The notes beneath the pieces were generated by a model that worked only from the letters and a program-made list of their open reading frames with translations, was not told where the DNA came from and did not search any database. A stretch of 64,000 nt of DNA from Planctomycetota bacterium (GTDB lineage Bacteria > Planctomycetota > PLA2 > JAEUHO01). The translations under genes and the position numbers were made by a program. Position 1 is the first letter of the stretch; every line of letters begins with the position of its first letter. Positions 48,872-59,810 of the stretch are shown here, piece by piece. The stretch is from contig CBDCTJ010000003.1 in the NCBI GenBank assembly GCA_965222115.1, forward strand, positions 192,001-256,000, read 5' to 3'.

Positions 48872-49935
48872 GTGCGCGACGTCTGCCCCACGCCACACAC
48901 GTACTCGGCAATCTCAATCGCGTTGAGCGCGGCGCCCTTACGTATCTGATCGCCACACAGCCATAGGTCGATGGCGTTCTCGTTTCCGGGGTCCCGGCGA
49001 ATGCGACCAACCAAGACATCATCTTTCCCGTTGGCGTCGCGTGGTGTGGGAAAGGCCATCTCGTCGGGCTCATCCACAAGCGTGACGCCCGGCGCTGTAG
49101 CCAGGGCATGTCGCAGCGCCGGCGTACTGGGACGCACGCCAAACTCGATGTTCACCGACTCACTGTGCGCGCGCCACACCGGAACACGTACGCACGTGGC
49201 CGAAACCGCGAGGTCGGGAGACTCAAGAATGCGTCGGCTCTCGTGGATGAGTTTCCACTCTTCGGTGGTGAGATCACCATCCGCAAACGCCTGCACAAAG
49301 GGTATCGCATTGGCATAGATGGGAACCGGATAGATTTCACACGTGAGCGGCTCGCCTCGGATGGCGGCGGCCTGCTGCGCCTCCAGCTCGCGAATGCCGC
49401 CAACGCCCGAACCCGATACCGCTTGATACGTGCTCACAACAATACGCTTCACGGGAGACAGGCGATGGGTCGGACCCAATACCATCATCAACAAAATGGT
49501 GCTGCAGTTGGGATTGGCCACAATGCCGGGCTTGAGATTCCCAAGCGGTTGATCGGGACGTAGCGTGTCCAATGTGTGCCCATTGATCTGCGGCACAACC
49601 AACGGAATGTTGGCATCCCGGCGAAACGCACTGCTGTTGTCAATGACGAGCGCGCCCTCGTTGGCAGCACGTCGCGCTTCGTCTTTCAGCGCAGAGCCCG
49701 CAGAAAAGAATGCGATGTCGGTTTCACGAAAATCAAAGGACGAAAGCGCGGCCACAGTGTGGTCGGAACCACGAAAAGGGAGCTTCGTTCCGGCAGATCG
49801 AGGAGACGCCAACAACGAGAGCGATGCGATTGGAAAACCACGTTCGTCGAGCAGGGCCATCAACTCACGACCCACGACGCCCGTAGCACCTGCAATCGCT
49901 ATGCGGTATCCGTCTCGTTGCGTCGAGTCCGTCAC
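48868..49935 (-). CDS. asd: Aspartate-semialdehyde dehydrogenase
   Basis: GATGVVG, IDNSSAFR, ANPNCST, STYQAVSG, CVRVPV..AHS, DQIRKGAA. Confidence 0.97.
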   Translation of the reverse strand: MTDSTQRDGYRIAIAGATGVVGRELMALLDERGFPIASLSLLASPRSAGTKLPFRGSDHTVAALSSFDFRETDIAFFSAGSALKDEARRAANEGALVIDNSSAFRRDANIPLVVPQINGHTLDTLRPDQPLGNLKPGIVANPNCSTILLMMVLGPTHRLSPVKRIVVSTYQAVSGSGVGGIRELEAQQAAAIRGEPLTCEIYPVPIYANAIPFVQAFADGDLTTEEWKLIHESRRILESPDLAVSATCVRVPVWRAHSESVNIEFGVRPSTPALRHALATAPGVTLVDEPDEMAFPTPRDANGKDDVLVGRIRRDPGNENAIDLWLCGDQIRKGAALNAIEIAEYVCGVGQTSRT

Positions 49936-50420
49936 GACGAGCTTCCTTCACGTTTCCATGTGCCGGACCGCCCGCCCTCTTTGACGAGCAATCGCACCGA
50001 TGACAGTTCCGCCGAACGATCCACACCCTTCACCATGTCATAGAGCGCCATGCCCGCAGCACACACAGCGACCATTGCCTCCATTTCAACGCCCGTGCGA
50101 TCGATGGCTTGCACTTCGGCGGTGATTCGCACCTGTTCCTGTTGCACATCGAGGTCAATGACAACGTGCCTAATGCTGAGCGGGTGGCACAGGGGAATCC
50201 AATTGCTCGTCTGTTTGGCACCTTGAATGCCCGCGATGCGGGCCACGGCGAGGGCGTCGCCCTTTTCAATCTCGCCGCCTTTTAGCTTTGCTGCCGTCTC
50301 GGGGGCGACCTTTAGCCAGCCCTCCGCCACCGCACGACGCTGCGTCTTGGGCTTGGTCGTGACGTCCACCATGTGCGCGGCGCCACGTTCGTCGAGATGG
50401 GTGAAGGCATCGGAGTTCAT
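49932..50420 (-). CDS. moaC: Cyclic pyranopterin monophosphate synthase
   Basis: MVDV, KGDALAVARIAGI, IPLCHP, TGVEMEA, YDMVK, KEGG. Confidence 0.97.
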   Translation of the reverse strand: MNSDAFTHLDERGAAHMVDVTTKPKTQRRAVAEGWLKVAPETAAKLKGGEIEKGDALAVARIAGIQGAKQTSNWIPLCHPLSIRHVVIDLDVQQEQVRITAEVQAIDRTGVEMEAMVAVCAAGMALYDMVKGVDRSAELSSVRLLVKEGGRSGTWKREGSSS

Positions 50421-50456
50421 CGCCCAAGTGTAGTGCTGATCGAGGAGAAGGGGCAA

Positions 50457-51986
50457 TCAACGCAGGCTCAACGCTTCCATCATGTGTTCGCTCCGAACTT
50501 CGGGCGTTCCATCGAGATCGGCGATCGTCCTGGCAACGCGCAAACAGCGGTGAATCCCGCGACCGCTCAGACCAAGCGAATCGGCGGCACGCAGGACCGA
50601 CTTCTCAGCTTCCTTCGAAAGCTGGATTGCATCGGGCAGCGCGTGCGCCGGCAACCGAGCATTGAACGGACGTACGTCATCAAACGCCGCCAAGCGCTGC
50701 ATCTGCATTTCACGCGCGCGCTTCGCACCTTCCATCTCAGGAAGTGGTTCCTCGTTCCCACCATTGAGTAATGCGGACGCCTCCACCGGCGTGAGCGTCA
50801 CCTGCAAATCGAATCGATCTCGCAGCGGGCCCGAGATACGGCGTTGATAGCGATCGACCGACTCCTGGCGACACTTGCAACGCGACGCCACGCCGCGCCA
50901 TCCACACGGACACGGGTTACACGCTGCCACCATCACAATGTCGGCAGGTAGCTCGGCTTGGCCCGCCGCGCGACTGATCACAAGGCGTCCATCTTCGATT
51001 GGCTGACGCAGTGCCTCCAATGTAGCTCTCGGAAACTCGGGCAACTCATCAAGAAACAACACGCCATTGTGAGCAAGGCTCACTTCGCCGGGTTTGGGAA
51101 TGCGCCCCCCGCCCACAAGTCCCGCCGTACTTGTCGAATGGTGCGGCGCGCGGAACGGACGGTGCTTGAGCAGTCCTCCTTCAAGCAACCCCGCAACACT
51201 GTGAATCCGACTCGCGGCTAATGCTTCTTCAAAGGTCATGGGAGGAAGAATCTGCGATACCAAACGCGCTAGTAGCGTTTTGCCGGTTCCCGGTGGACCG
51301 CTAAGCAAGAGATTGTGTCCACCCGTTGCGGCAATCCACGCCGCGCGAACGGCAGCCGGTTGACCTCGCACGGCTCGCAACACACCGGGATCGGGTGGCG
51401 CCGGGGTCCACTGCTTGGGAACCACGGGAGCAAGCGGATCGTACCCCGTTAAATGTCCCACGGCATCGGCAAGCGTGGCTACGCCAACCACCGTGATGCC
51501 CGGCACGGCCGCGGCTTCGTGTTCATTCTCGCGCGGCACCATCACCCTGCGGATGCCGGCCCGGCGCGCGCTCTCCGCACATGCGATCGCACCACGCACA
51601 GGCCGGACATCACCATCAAGTGTGAGTTCACCCAAACACAGCCATGAAGCGAGATTGCTGTCGGGACCCAAGATCCCCTCCGCTTGCATAATGGCAAGCG
51701 CAATGGGCACATCGAGCGCCGCCCCTTGCTTCGGCGCAGTCGCGGGCGCCAAGTTGACCGTCACATGTCGATGCGGCCACGGCCACCCGCCGTGCGTAAC
51801 GGCATTGCGTATGCGCTCCCGCCCTTCTCTGAGCGCACTATCGGGCAATCCTACAATCCGAAAAATGGGCGTATTCCCCTCCGCATCCCCTGAAAGCGAG
51901 GTCTGCACATCCACACCCTCGGCGCGAGCACCGAAGAGCGCAGATCCAGATGTTCGAGCAAAAGTACGCACACCCCTATGACGCAC
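50457..51986 (-). CDS. comM: YifB/ComM Mg-chelatase-like AAA+ ATPase
   Basis: IVGLPD, VNLAPA, GPPGTGKT, PFRAPHH, PGEVSLAHNGVLFLDE, NPCPCG. Confidence 0.95.
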   Translation of the reverse strand: MRHRGVRTFARTSGSALFGARAEGVDVQTSLSGDAEGNTPIFRIVGLPDSALREGRERIRNAVTHGGWPWPHRHVTVNLAPATAPKQGAALDVPIALAIMQAEGILGPDSNLASWLCLGELTLDGDVRPVRGAIACAESARRAGIRRVMVPRENEHEAAAVPGITVVGVATLADAVGHLTGYDPLAPVVPKQWTPAPPDPGVLRAVRGQPAAVRAAWIAATGGHNLLLSGPPGTGKTLLARLVSQILPPMTFEEALAASRIHSVAGLLEGGLLKHRPFRAPHHSTSTAGLVGGGRIPKPGEVSLAHNGVLFLDELPEFPRATLEALRQPIEDGRLVISRAAGQAELPADIVMVAACNPCPCGWRGVASRCKCRQESVDRYQRRISGPLRDRFDLQVTLTPVEASALLNGGNEEPLPEMEGAKRAREMQMQRLAAFDDVRPFNARLPAHALPDAIQLSKEAEKSVLRAADSLGLSGRGIHRCLRVARTIADLDGTPEVRSEHMMEALSLR

Positions 51987-52074
51987 GAGGCGTGGGGAGG
52001 TAACAGGGGGGCGTCAAATTGCAGTGGTAGCTCTTGCGGATGCGGCAATCAATGCTGCGTTCGAATCAAGGTAT

Positions 52075-55000
52075 CTACTTGGGTTTACTCTTTGAGGCGG
52101 TTTCCGCGGCGGCCTTTATCTTCTGAAACTCGCTTAATAGCCAATCGTGTTCACCAGACATTCGTCCGGTGAGATTTACGACTGACGCATGAACGGAGAT
52201 CGCCTCGGACATATGCGTGTGTGCCTGAACATGAGCTCCCGAGCTTGACAAGGCAACCGCGCAGTAATACAAGGAAATGGAGAGGTCGCGCAGCCACTGG
52301 CTGTTGCCTTCGTCTTGTTTTACTAGCGTGCGCGAAATCGCGAGACTCTCCTTAAGGCATTCCAGCGACTCAGCATCTTTACCCATTTCTCGCAGCAAAG
52401 CGCCGATTCTGATTAGGCTCGTCGAGAAATTCCGTTTCCGCCTACTATTGCTTCCATCTTGCTTCACTAACGTCCGTCTGATTGCGAGGCTCTCCTCAAA
52501 GGAGGATAACGCCTCGTCGCGCTTGCTCGCGTCCCACTGCAAGTCGCCGACAATGCTAAGACATGTCGCAAGTGCCTCCTGATACATGGTGTTGTCTTCG
52601 TCATACTTCGCGAGCTGACGCCTGATCGTGAGGCACTCCTCGAGGCTCGCCAATGCCTCAGCGAACTTACCATCGGTTCGCTGCAGTTTGCCTACCCTAG
52701 ATATGCTCCCTGCGAGACCGCTCTGCCACACTCTATTGCTGCTGTCATGCTTCACTAACGCACGCATGACGGCGACACTTTCCTCATGGCTCCTTAGCGC
52801 ATCGATTCTATTGCCGTTGGCTCGCTGCAGATCGCCAATGCTATGTAAGCACGCCGCGAGATTTTGTTGCCATTCTTTATTGCTATCGTCTTGCTTTACC
52901 AGCGCACGCATAATCGCGAGGCTCTCTTCATGCCTCGCTAACGCTTCGCTACCGTTGCCCGTGACCCACTGCAAATCGCCAACCTTGCTGATACTCGATA
53001 CGAGATCTACATGCCACTGCTTATTGCTCTTATCTTGCTTCACCAACCCACGCATAATTGCAAGGCTCTCCCGAAAGCTTGCTAGCGCCTCGACACTATT
53101 CCCGGCGTCTCGCTGGAAGTCGCCGACAGCATGCAGGCGCGATGCGAGCCCATGTTGCCACTCCCAGTTGCTTTCGTCTCGATTCACCAGCGCGCGCATG
53201 ATTGAGAGGCTCTCCTCAATGCTTGCCAGCGCCTTGGTGCCGTTGCCGGCCAAATGCTGCAACTCCCCGACTTTGTCTAGACTCACCGCGAGATCGCGTT
53301 GCCACAGTGCATTGCGAGTGTCAACCTTTACAAGCGCGCGTGCGATCTTTAGGCTCTCAAGCGCTGCCATACGTGCCGCGACAAGACTTCCCTCCAGTTG
53401 TAAGACATTGGCCACATTGATGAGAGCGGCACTTCTGCGCCGAAGGCGCGCGTGATCCGCAATTGATGGCTTGTTTTCGTCGTAGTATGCAAGTGCCTTC
53501 TTGGCCGGCCCACCCAACAACTCAAGTTTCCCAAGTGGCTTCAATCCATCCCGAAGTTCAAACAACATGTAATCGATAAGTTCTTCTGCACTCCCCCTCG
53601 CCTTTTTCTCCTGGTTCGCGAAGTTTCGGGCACGCTCACTCTCGCCCTCCGCGCGTATCCACATGTAGACCATACCCGCCGCGAGTAGCGCAAGCGCGAC
53701 AATCGCCCCGCGCTTCAGATTCTTGCTCCAACTCGCACTCTTCTTTGACGCTGTAAGTAGCTCTTCTTCTTCGGGATCCAATGCAAAGCCGGACGCAACG
53801 AGTTGGTTCACTTCATCGATGGATTTGCCGGGAGGTAGTACGAGGTCGGGGGATTTGTCGCTTTCCAGCCAACGCTTCGTCGATTCACGAAGGCGGCGCT
53901 GATAGGTCAGGTGGTCGCGGTTCGAGTCCACCCACTCGCTGAGCTTGGGCCAGTTGCGAAAGAGGGCTTCGTGCGCGGCACCGACTACAGGTTCGCCATC
54001 GGGACCGGCATCGGTTGTGAACAAGTGCGCATCGACGAATGTTTCAATGAACCCGTCACCCGCAACCGCGGCAAGCGTGCGATGAGGAACGCGACGCCGC
54101 TTGGGACGATCGTCGGTGCCTACTTCAACGAGCTTCTGCATGGCAGGTGCGAATGCCGCCCGTTCAGAGTTTGACAACCCAGCAAAGACAGCGTCGGCAC
54201 GCTTGGCAATTGCACCTCGAACGCCGCCCATGTCCTCATATGCCTTCCACGTCAGCTTGGTTCCATCGCGTCGTAAGTAGAGTTCATGGAGCGTGTACTC
54301 GAGAAGTGGTAATGAGTCGGCTTCGTGCTTGGCGTCGTCTTGAATCACGTCAATGAGACGCCGTCCATCGGATTTTCGTATCTCCAATGAGAGGCCCGCA
54401 GCGTCCGCGGGTCCCTTGATGATTTCGGCGATCTCAAGGTCAGTCGGGCGACCCAAGTCGATTCGACCATGCTCGCCAAGTAGGCCGACCATGGTCTCGG
54501 CCTCCTGAAACTGCGCATAGTGATCATTGCGTAGCGTTGCCAGTACCCATACGAATCCGGACGTCGCCAAAGCGGAAAGCGCGCCGAAAAAGCGCTGGCG
54601 CTCCTGTGGCGTGACGGAACTTGCAAACAACTCCTCAAACTGATCGACGAACACCACGAGACGATCTTCAATGGGAACTTCATGCTCGCGAGCCGGAGGC
54701 TGAAGGATGGTCTTCGTGCGTCCGAGAAGCGTGTCCAACTTCAAGTCTTGGTCGTCGCGGAGGTGCTGCTCCAACTCGGGTACTGCCGCCGGTACGACTA
54801 GTGATGTCAGCAACGATTCGTATGGTGATTTGTCGTCTCCTGGACGAAACACGGCTCTACGCACTCGGCCACCACGAAGCCTGCCGTCAATAACACCCGG
54901 TCGATTGAGACGCGGTGATACACCAGCACGCATGAGCGACGACTTTCCGCTACCACTGGACCCCAACACCAACACGAAGCCCTTATTCGCGGCAACCTGC

Positions 55001-55722
55001 TCTTCCAGGGCATTCAGTACCTGCTGCGTTGCGACGTTGCGGCCAAAAAAGATAGGCGCGTGTTCCTCTTCGAATACGCGCAGACCTCGGAAGGGGCTGT
55101 CCTCCCACTGATCAACCTCTGCTATGATTCCCGCCGATGTCAATCGATCTACAACCCAGTGTGTGATCTGTCGCTCAAGTTTCGCCTCGTAGGCTTCGGT
55201 ATCTGGAAACGAATGGTATGCACTTGAGAACGCGCCGTCGCTATCGTGGAACTGCTCCGTGAAGAACGCCTCGACCGCGTCGACCTGATTCTGTTGCTTG
55301 CTGACCGCGCCGCGCTTGCCGCTGTACATGAGCGGAACCGGCGCCGTCTTTCGATACACCATCATGTGGGGCTTCTTGGACTTATCGTGTTCGGCAAGTG
55401 CGTCGAAATACTCCCATTCAGTACCGGTAAGTACCCGGCCATTTTCGTTTCGATACTTCTCAACGTCCGGAAGCGGTGAGCCCATGCGCGACCAAAGTAT
55501 GAAGATCGCCAAGTCCGATTCGCTTGGTGGTTCTATGCCCTCCTGAAACGACCCGGTGGACGCTATGGGCAAGTGTTCCCAGTACACCGCATCAAACTTA
55601 ATCTGTCCGCGATAGCGAAGTTCCACCTGCGCAAGCACCCGCAACGTCCTCGCCCGCTCGGCACTCACATCACTCGGCGAAGACACGAAAACCTTGATTC
55701 GCATGGGCTCGTGGATGGCCAT
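52075..55722 (-). CDS. STAND NTPase (nSTAND1-like): DUF4062/TIR-like N-terminus + NTPase + TM helix + TPR repeats
   Basis: VFVSSPSDV..ER, TGTEWEY; SPFRGL, FFGR, GSSGSGKSS, VVFVDQFEE, LPLL, HEAL; TM AIVALALLAAGMVYMW; about nine 48-aa TPR-like repeats. Confidence 0.9.
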   Translation of the reverse strand: MAIHEPMRIKVFVSSPSDVSAERARTLRVLAQVELRYRGQIKFDAVYWEHLPIASTGSFQEGIEPPSESDLAIFILWSRMGSPLPDVEKYRNENGRVLTGTEWEYFDALAEHDKSKKPHMMVYRKTAPVPLMYSGKRGAVSKQQNQVDAVEAFFTEQFHDSDGAFSSAYHSFPDTEAYEAKLERQITHWVVDRLTSAGIIAEVDQWEDSPFRGLRVFEEEHAPIFFGRNVATQQVLNALEEQVAANKGFVLVLGSSGSGKSSLMRAGVSPRLNRPGVIDGRLRGGRVRRAVFRPGDDKSPYESLLTSLVVPAAVPELEQHLRDDQDLKLDTLLGRTKTILQPPAREHEVPIEDRLVVFVDQFEELFASSVTPQERQRFFGALSALATSGFVWVLATLRNDHYAQFQEAETMVGLLGEHGRIDLGRPTDLEIAEIIKGPADAAGLSLEIRKSDGRRLIDVIQDDAKHEADSLPLLEYTLHELYLRRDGTKLTWKAYEDMGGVRGAIAKRADAVFAGLSNSERAAFAPAMQKLVEVGTDDRPKRRRVPHRTLAAVAGDGFIETFVDAHLFTTDAGPDGEPVVGAAHEALFRNWPKLSEWVDSNRDHLTYQRRLRESTKRWLESDKSPDLVLPPGKSIDEVNQLVASGFALDPEEEELLTASKKSASWSKNLKRGAIVALALLAAGMVYMWIRAEGESERARNFANQEKKARGSAEELIDYMLFELRDGLKPLGKLELLGGPAKKALAYYDENKPSIADHARLRRRSAALINVANVLQLEGSLVAARMAALESLKIARALVKVDTRNALWQRDLAVSLDKVGELQHLAGNGTKALASIEESLSIMRALVNRDESNWEWQHGLASRLHAVGDFQRDAGNSVEALASFRESLAIMRGLVKQDKSNKQWHVDLVSSISKVGDLQWVTGNGSEALARHEESLAIMRALVKQDDSNKEWQQNLAACLHSIGDLQRANGNRIDALRSHEESVAVMRALVKHDSSNRVWQSGLAGSISRVGKLQRTDGKFAEALASLEECLTIRRQLAKYDEDNTMYQEALATCLSIVGDLQWDASKRDEALSSFEESLAIRRTLVKQDGSNSRRKRNFSTSLIRIGALLREMGKDAESLECLKESLAISRTLVKQDEGNSQWLRDLSISLYYCAVALSSSGAHVQAHTHMSEAISVHASVVNLTGRMSGEHDWLLSEFQKIKAAAETASKSKPK

Positions 55723-55917
55723 AGGTCCCCCAGCTCAATCCCGCGAATTCGCACCCGGCACGAATTCGCGAGTTTGACTCGTCACGAAGCCCACAAATAT
55801 ACATCCGACACGTTTTTGCAATCAACATCCAAGGCAGGTATTTCAGCCTCAAACGGGCCTGACGCTCCCATGTGGAGATTTCCTCGGAACCCGCTTCGGC
55901 TGCACGTTTGAATCGAT

Positions 55918-56721
55918 GTGAGAACCTTCGCAAAGAGTCTGATGGTGACCCTGATCGTGGTCGCGGCTAGCGCGCAGGCCGCACCGAACGAGCCCCCACC
56001 GAACAACCCCGCACCAAACAAAACAGCACGAAACAAATCGACCCTGGGCGAAGGCGCGTCGCCGGGTAACGCCCATGGCAAAGGCGGCTTTGTGCCCCGA
56101 GGGAGCCTGCGCAACTTCTATGCGGCATCCGGCGGACGGCTTTGGTACTACATGAACAACTATTACTGGGTGCCGAAATCGGCACTGCGTAAGGATCTCT
56201 GGATCAAGGCGGAGGTCACAGAGTCCTTTAGCGGCTTGCGTAAGTGGCCCGATGGCAAGACGGTCAAGGGGCCCGTGCCCAAGGTTACGGTCGAGTACTG
56301 GTTGGTCGGAACCAAGGGACGGACGGTACGAATCGACAATCACAAAGACTACCTGTTGCTGGCCGACAACTACACGGCGGGCAAGATCTCGGTCAAGGTC
56401 ACACTCACGCTGGGCGCCCTTCAAGTCAAAGACAAGAAAGGCATTTGGGGCGACTCACCCAAATCCTATGTACTTGAGTCTCGCAACTACTCAGGCGGTG
56501 GAGGCCTCGGCGCAAGTCACACGCGCTTCGTCCCATTACGCACCGAAGCCGTCACGGTTTGGGGATACGAGATACCTTGGGACACACACCCCCAACGCCT
56601 CACACGCAGCAATTGGCGTCGCCTCAAAATGCCCAAGTGGAAACTGATCACGCGCCGTGCGCCCGCCGTCCCTACCACGTCACAGGCACCTACCACTCCA
56701 TCCGCGACGACGTCACGCTGA
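55918..56721 (+). CDS. Secreted basic hypothetical protein
   Basis: Signal peptide ending AQA; Trp/Tyr/Lys-rich beta-like body. Confidence 0.6.
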   Translation: MRTFAKSLMVTLIVVAASAQAAPNEPPPNNPAPNKTARNKSTLGEGASPGNAHGKGGFVPRGSLRNFYAASGGRLWYYMNNYYWVPKSALRKDLWIKAEVTESFSGLRKWPDGKTVKGPVPKVTVEYWLVGTKGRTVRIDNHKDYLLLADNYTAGKISVKVTLTLGALQVKDKKGIWGDSPKSYVLESRNYSGGGGLGASHTRFVPLRTEAVTVWGYEIPWDTHPQRLTRSNWRRLKMPKWKLITRRAPAVPTTSQAPTTPSATTSR

Positions 56722-56795
56722 CAGCATGGGAGCGGTGTTCTTCCATCCACCTCGCAGGTATACACCCGGCACTTTTGTACGGGGTTCGCGGGGCG

Positions 56796-58472
56796 CTAGC
56801 GGCCCTGCTTCGGACCGCGCTTTGCGCCTTTCCGCTTGCCGCGACCGGACGGCTTTCCCTTGCGTTTCTTGCGGCGAGGTGGACCCCCGGGGTGAGCCAA
56901 GCGGGCGGAGACGACGCGCCGGCCAAAGCGTACGTTCTTTAGGGCGGTAAGGATTGCGCTTACGTGTTCGGTGCGGACTTGGATGAAGCTTACGGAGTCG
57001 CGCATGTTGATGCGGCCAACGACGTGGCCGGGGAGATCGGTTTCGCCGGCAATGACGCCCACCAACGTGCCCGGGCGTACGCGGTCGCGACCGCCGACGG
57101 GAATCACAATCTCGGTGTAGTCGTTGGGATCTCTGGAGGGTTGCGCAACGGGGTCGGCGCGGAGCGGGCCATCGCCCCACGCAAGACGCAGTGCGGCCGC
57201 AGCAAGGGTAGTCGCATCGATGTCGGATGCACTTGTGATGTGCTCGGCCCATTCGCGAAAGTCATCGATGCCATCCTCACTGACAGTCGCAAGTGCCTGC
57301 AACATGCGTTCGCGTTGACGCGATAGAAGTTCCTCGATGCCGGGTATCGGCATGGGCTTCATGGGTTGCTTGATGAAGCGCTCAATGCTCTTCAGCATGT
57401 ACTGTTCGCGCGGCTGCCAAATAGAAATGGCACGCCCCTCACGACCTGCGCGGCCGGTGCGACCGACGCGGTGGACGTACACTTCGGGATCGCGCGGCAA
57501 ATCGTAGTTGATGACCAACGTGACGTGATCCACATCGAGGCCACGCGCAGCGACATCGGTGCCGACGACGACCTGAATGCGCTTCTTGCGAAGTCGATTG
57601 ACGACGGCATCACGTTGTTTCTGATCCATGCCGCCGTGAATGCAATCAGCGCCAAAGCCAAGCGATTGCAGATGTTCGGCGACTTCTGCCGCGGCGCGCT
57701 GTGTACCGACGAAGACCAACACCGCTTCGTGATCTTCGACGCCGAGAATGCGCTCAAGTGCGTCGTTCTTGCGATGCCGTGAGACGCGCATGCTGAACTG
57801 CTCGATGCGATCAACCGTCTTGCCCTCACGCGCGGTGCGTATATCGACGGGATTGTTTAAGTGCTTGGTGGCCACCCGACGAATCGGCTTTGGCATGGTG
57901 GCAGAGAAAAGCGCGATCTGCCGTTTCTCGGGCGCGTGATCGAGGATCCACTCGACCTCGTCGAGGAATCCCATGTTCAGCATTTCGTCGGCCTCGTCCA
58001 GGCAGAAGAAGCTCACGCCCGCAAGATCGAGCGTCTTGCGCCGCAAGTGATCGGATACACGACCCGGCGTTCCCACCACAACATGCACGGTGCCGCGAAG
58101 CGCTTTGCGCTGAATGTGAATCGGCTGACCGCCATACACCGGCAGCACCCGCACGCCGTACTTGCCAACATACTTCCCGTGCGCACGAATCGATGCCGCC
58201 ACTTGCATCGCGAGTTCGCGGGTGGGTGCAAGCACAATTGCCTGCACGTCTTTCCGTTCCAGATCCAACCGCTGGAGCAGGGGCAATGCAAACGCCGCCG
58301 TCTTGCCAGTCCCCGTCTGCGCCTGCCCCACCATGTCGCGGCCTTCGAGCAGCGGAGGAATCGCACCCACTTGAATCGGCGTTGGGGTCTCGTAGCCCAG
58401 TTCGCGAATCGCCTTTAGCAGCTCGGGAGCTAGGCCAAGCGCCTCGAACGATGGGGCTTCCTCGACAGACAT
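56796..58472 (-). CDS. deaD: DEAD-box RNA helicase with DbpA RNA-binding domain (DeaD/CsdA-like)
   Basis: Q motif PTPIQ, AQTGTGKT, PTRELA, DEAD, SAT, ARGLD, HRVGRTGRAG; C-terminal GGRDRVRPG. Confidence 0.93.
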   Translation of the reverse strand: MSVEEAPSFEALGLAPELLKAIRELGYETPTPIQVGAIPPLLEGRDMVGQAQTGTGKTAAFALPLLQRLDLERKDVQAIVLAPTRELAMQVAASIRAHGKYVGKYGVRVLPVYGGQPIHIQRKALRGTVHVVVGTPGRVSDHLRRKTLDLAGVSFFCLDEADEMLNMGFLDEVEWILDHAPEKRQIALFSATMPKPIRRVATKHLNNPVDIRTAREGKTVDRIEQFSMRVSRHRKNDALERILGVEDHEAVLVFVGTQRAAAEVAEHLQSLGFGADCIHGGMDQKQRDAVVNRLRKKRIQVVVGTDVAARGLDVDHVTLVINYDLPRDPEVYVHRVGRTGRAGREGRAISIWQPREQYMLKSIERFIKQPMKPMPIPGIEELLSRQRERMLQALATVSEDGIDDFREWAEHITSASDIDATTLAAAALRLAWGDGPLRADPVAQPSRDPNDYTEIVIPVGGRDRVRPGTLVGVIAGETDLPGHVVGRINMRDSVSFIQVRTEHVSAILTALKNVRFGRRVVSARLAHPGGPPRRKKRKGKPSGRGKRKGAKRGPKQGR

Positions 58473-58568
58473 CGCTGGGAGCCTACGCGCAAAGGCGTCA
58501 ATCCCCTTGATTGGTTCGGTGGTTCGCCCACGAGCAATTTCTAGCGTGCGAACAGGTGACAACGGCGA

Positions 58569-59810
58569 TCACTTATGTGGCACGACGATGTCCACGTTGG
58601 TTTCGCCATCGATGTCGTGCTCTTCGTCGTACAAGATGGTCGCGGACCCCATCACACCGCGAACCATGATGCGGTGCCGGCCGGCGCCCAATCCACTAAC
58701 CGAAGCCGCCTGATTCGGTCGCACGATCTGAGATCGGAGATAACGCACTGTGCCTAAGTACTCCGCTCGAATGCGGAATATCTTCGGAGGCTCTCCGCCC
58801 TCAAATTTCACCTGAATCGTCGAGCCTTTGTTCAACGAGACCCGATCGATCACGTCGTCGGCGCGTTCGACATCAACCGCCTTGATGCACACGGGTGCCA
58901 ACGTCCCCGGGACAACCCAAATGTCAAACACACCGTTATTCGGAGGAATCACACGTAGGGTTTCCTCCTCCAACACGCTCTCGCGTCGTTCAAGGCGCTG
59001 CGAGACCGAATCGACGAAGAACACGTCCAACTTTTGACTCGCAAGCGACGCTCCAAGTGACTCATCGATCGAAAGTGGAATGCGAATGGGCGAGGACGGA
59101 ACGAGTTTAAGTACGACGTTACTTCTCGGCGACGTGACTTCGACCTGCTCGACACTTGAGCAATCCGGGTGTACGGCTTCAATCACCGTGGGCGTACCAG
59201 AGACTCGAAAGTAGAAAAATCCGTCGCTGTCCACTGCGTAGGGACCTGTTTTGTGCGTTGGGCCCCTGTGCTCGGGTGTTGACGCGGGCCGCCCCGAGGC
59301 TTGGGCATGTTCTTCGTCATGGCGCATAGCCGCGGGATGCGACTCAAGGCTGCGAGGAATGTCGCCTGAGATCACCCGAATCGACGCTCGGCTTAGTTCG
59401 ATGCCATCTGGGGCGTCTACGCGTCCACGAACGATACCGGCGCGCGACAAGTCCAGTGTAACGCGAGCGCGCAACGCCTTGGCGTTCACTTCGACTGCTG
59501 CACTCGTCTTGCCTGACTTCGCGTCCACGACACGCCATCGGCCAGCCTGCATGGGCTCAAAGGCAAACGATCCGGGACCGCGCACTACGCGTTCGCGGCG
59601 CTTCGGACTTAAGTACCAACGCTTGTACTCAGGAGACCAGCGTTCGAGCATGATATCGAGAACGTCGTCCTTTGGCATGAGGACATCAACATCGATACCC
59701 ATTCGGTCCTCGATGGCAATGTCTGCAAAGCGCTTTCCTCCCTCTTCGCGAACTTCGCCGTGCGCCGGTGGATACCCAGGTGCTTGCAGCGTGATTTGAG
59801 CGCCCGTCCG
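58569..59810 (-). pseudogene. Out-of-frame C-terminal part of the ECF sigma fusion (carboxypeptidase-regulatory-like repeats)
   Basis: Aligns by eye with the C-terminal half of 14469-17480 (AGRWRVVDAKSG...LDLSRAGIVRGRVDAPDG vs PGRYRAVDATSG...LDLSGAGWAKGKVVPPDG); no convincing start of its own. Confidence 0.65.

Noticed and set aside
50457-50459. TGA in frame between comM and the moaC ORF
   Set aside because: ComM ends at its normal C-terminus (EALSLR), MoaC has its own ATG at 50420, and there is no Cys-type context or hairpin
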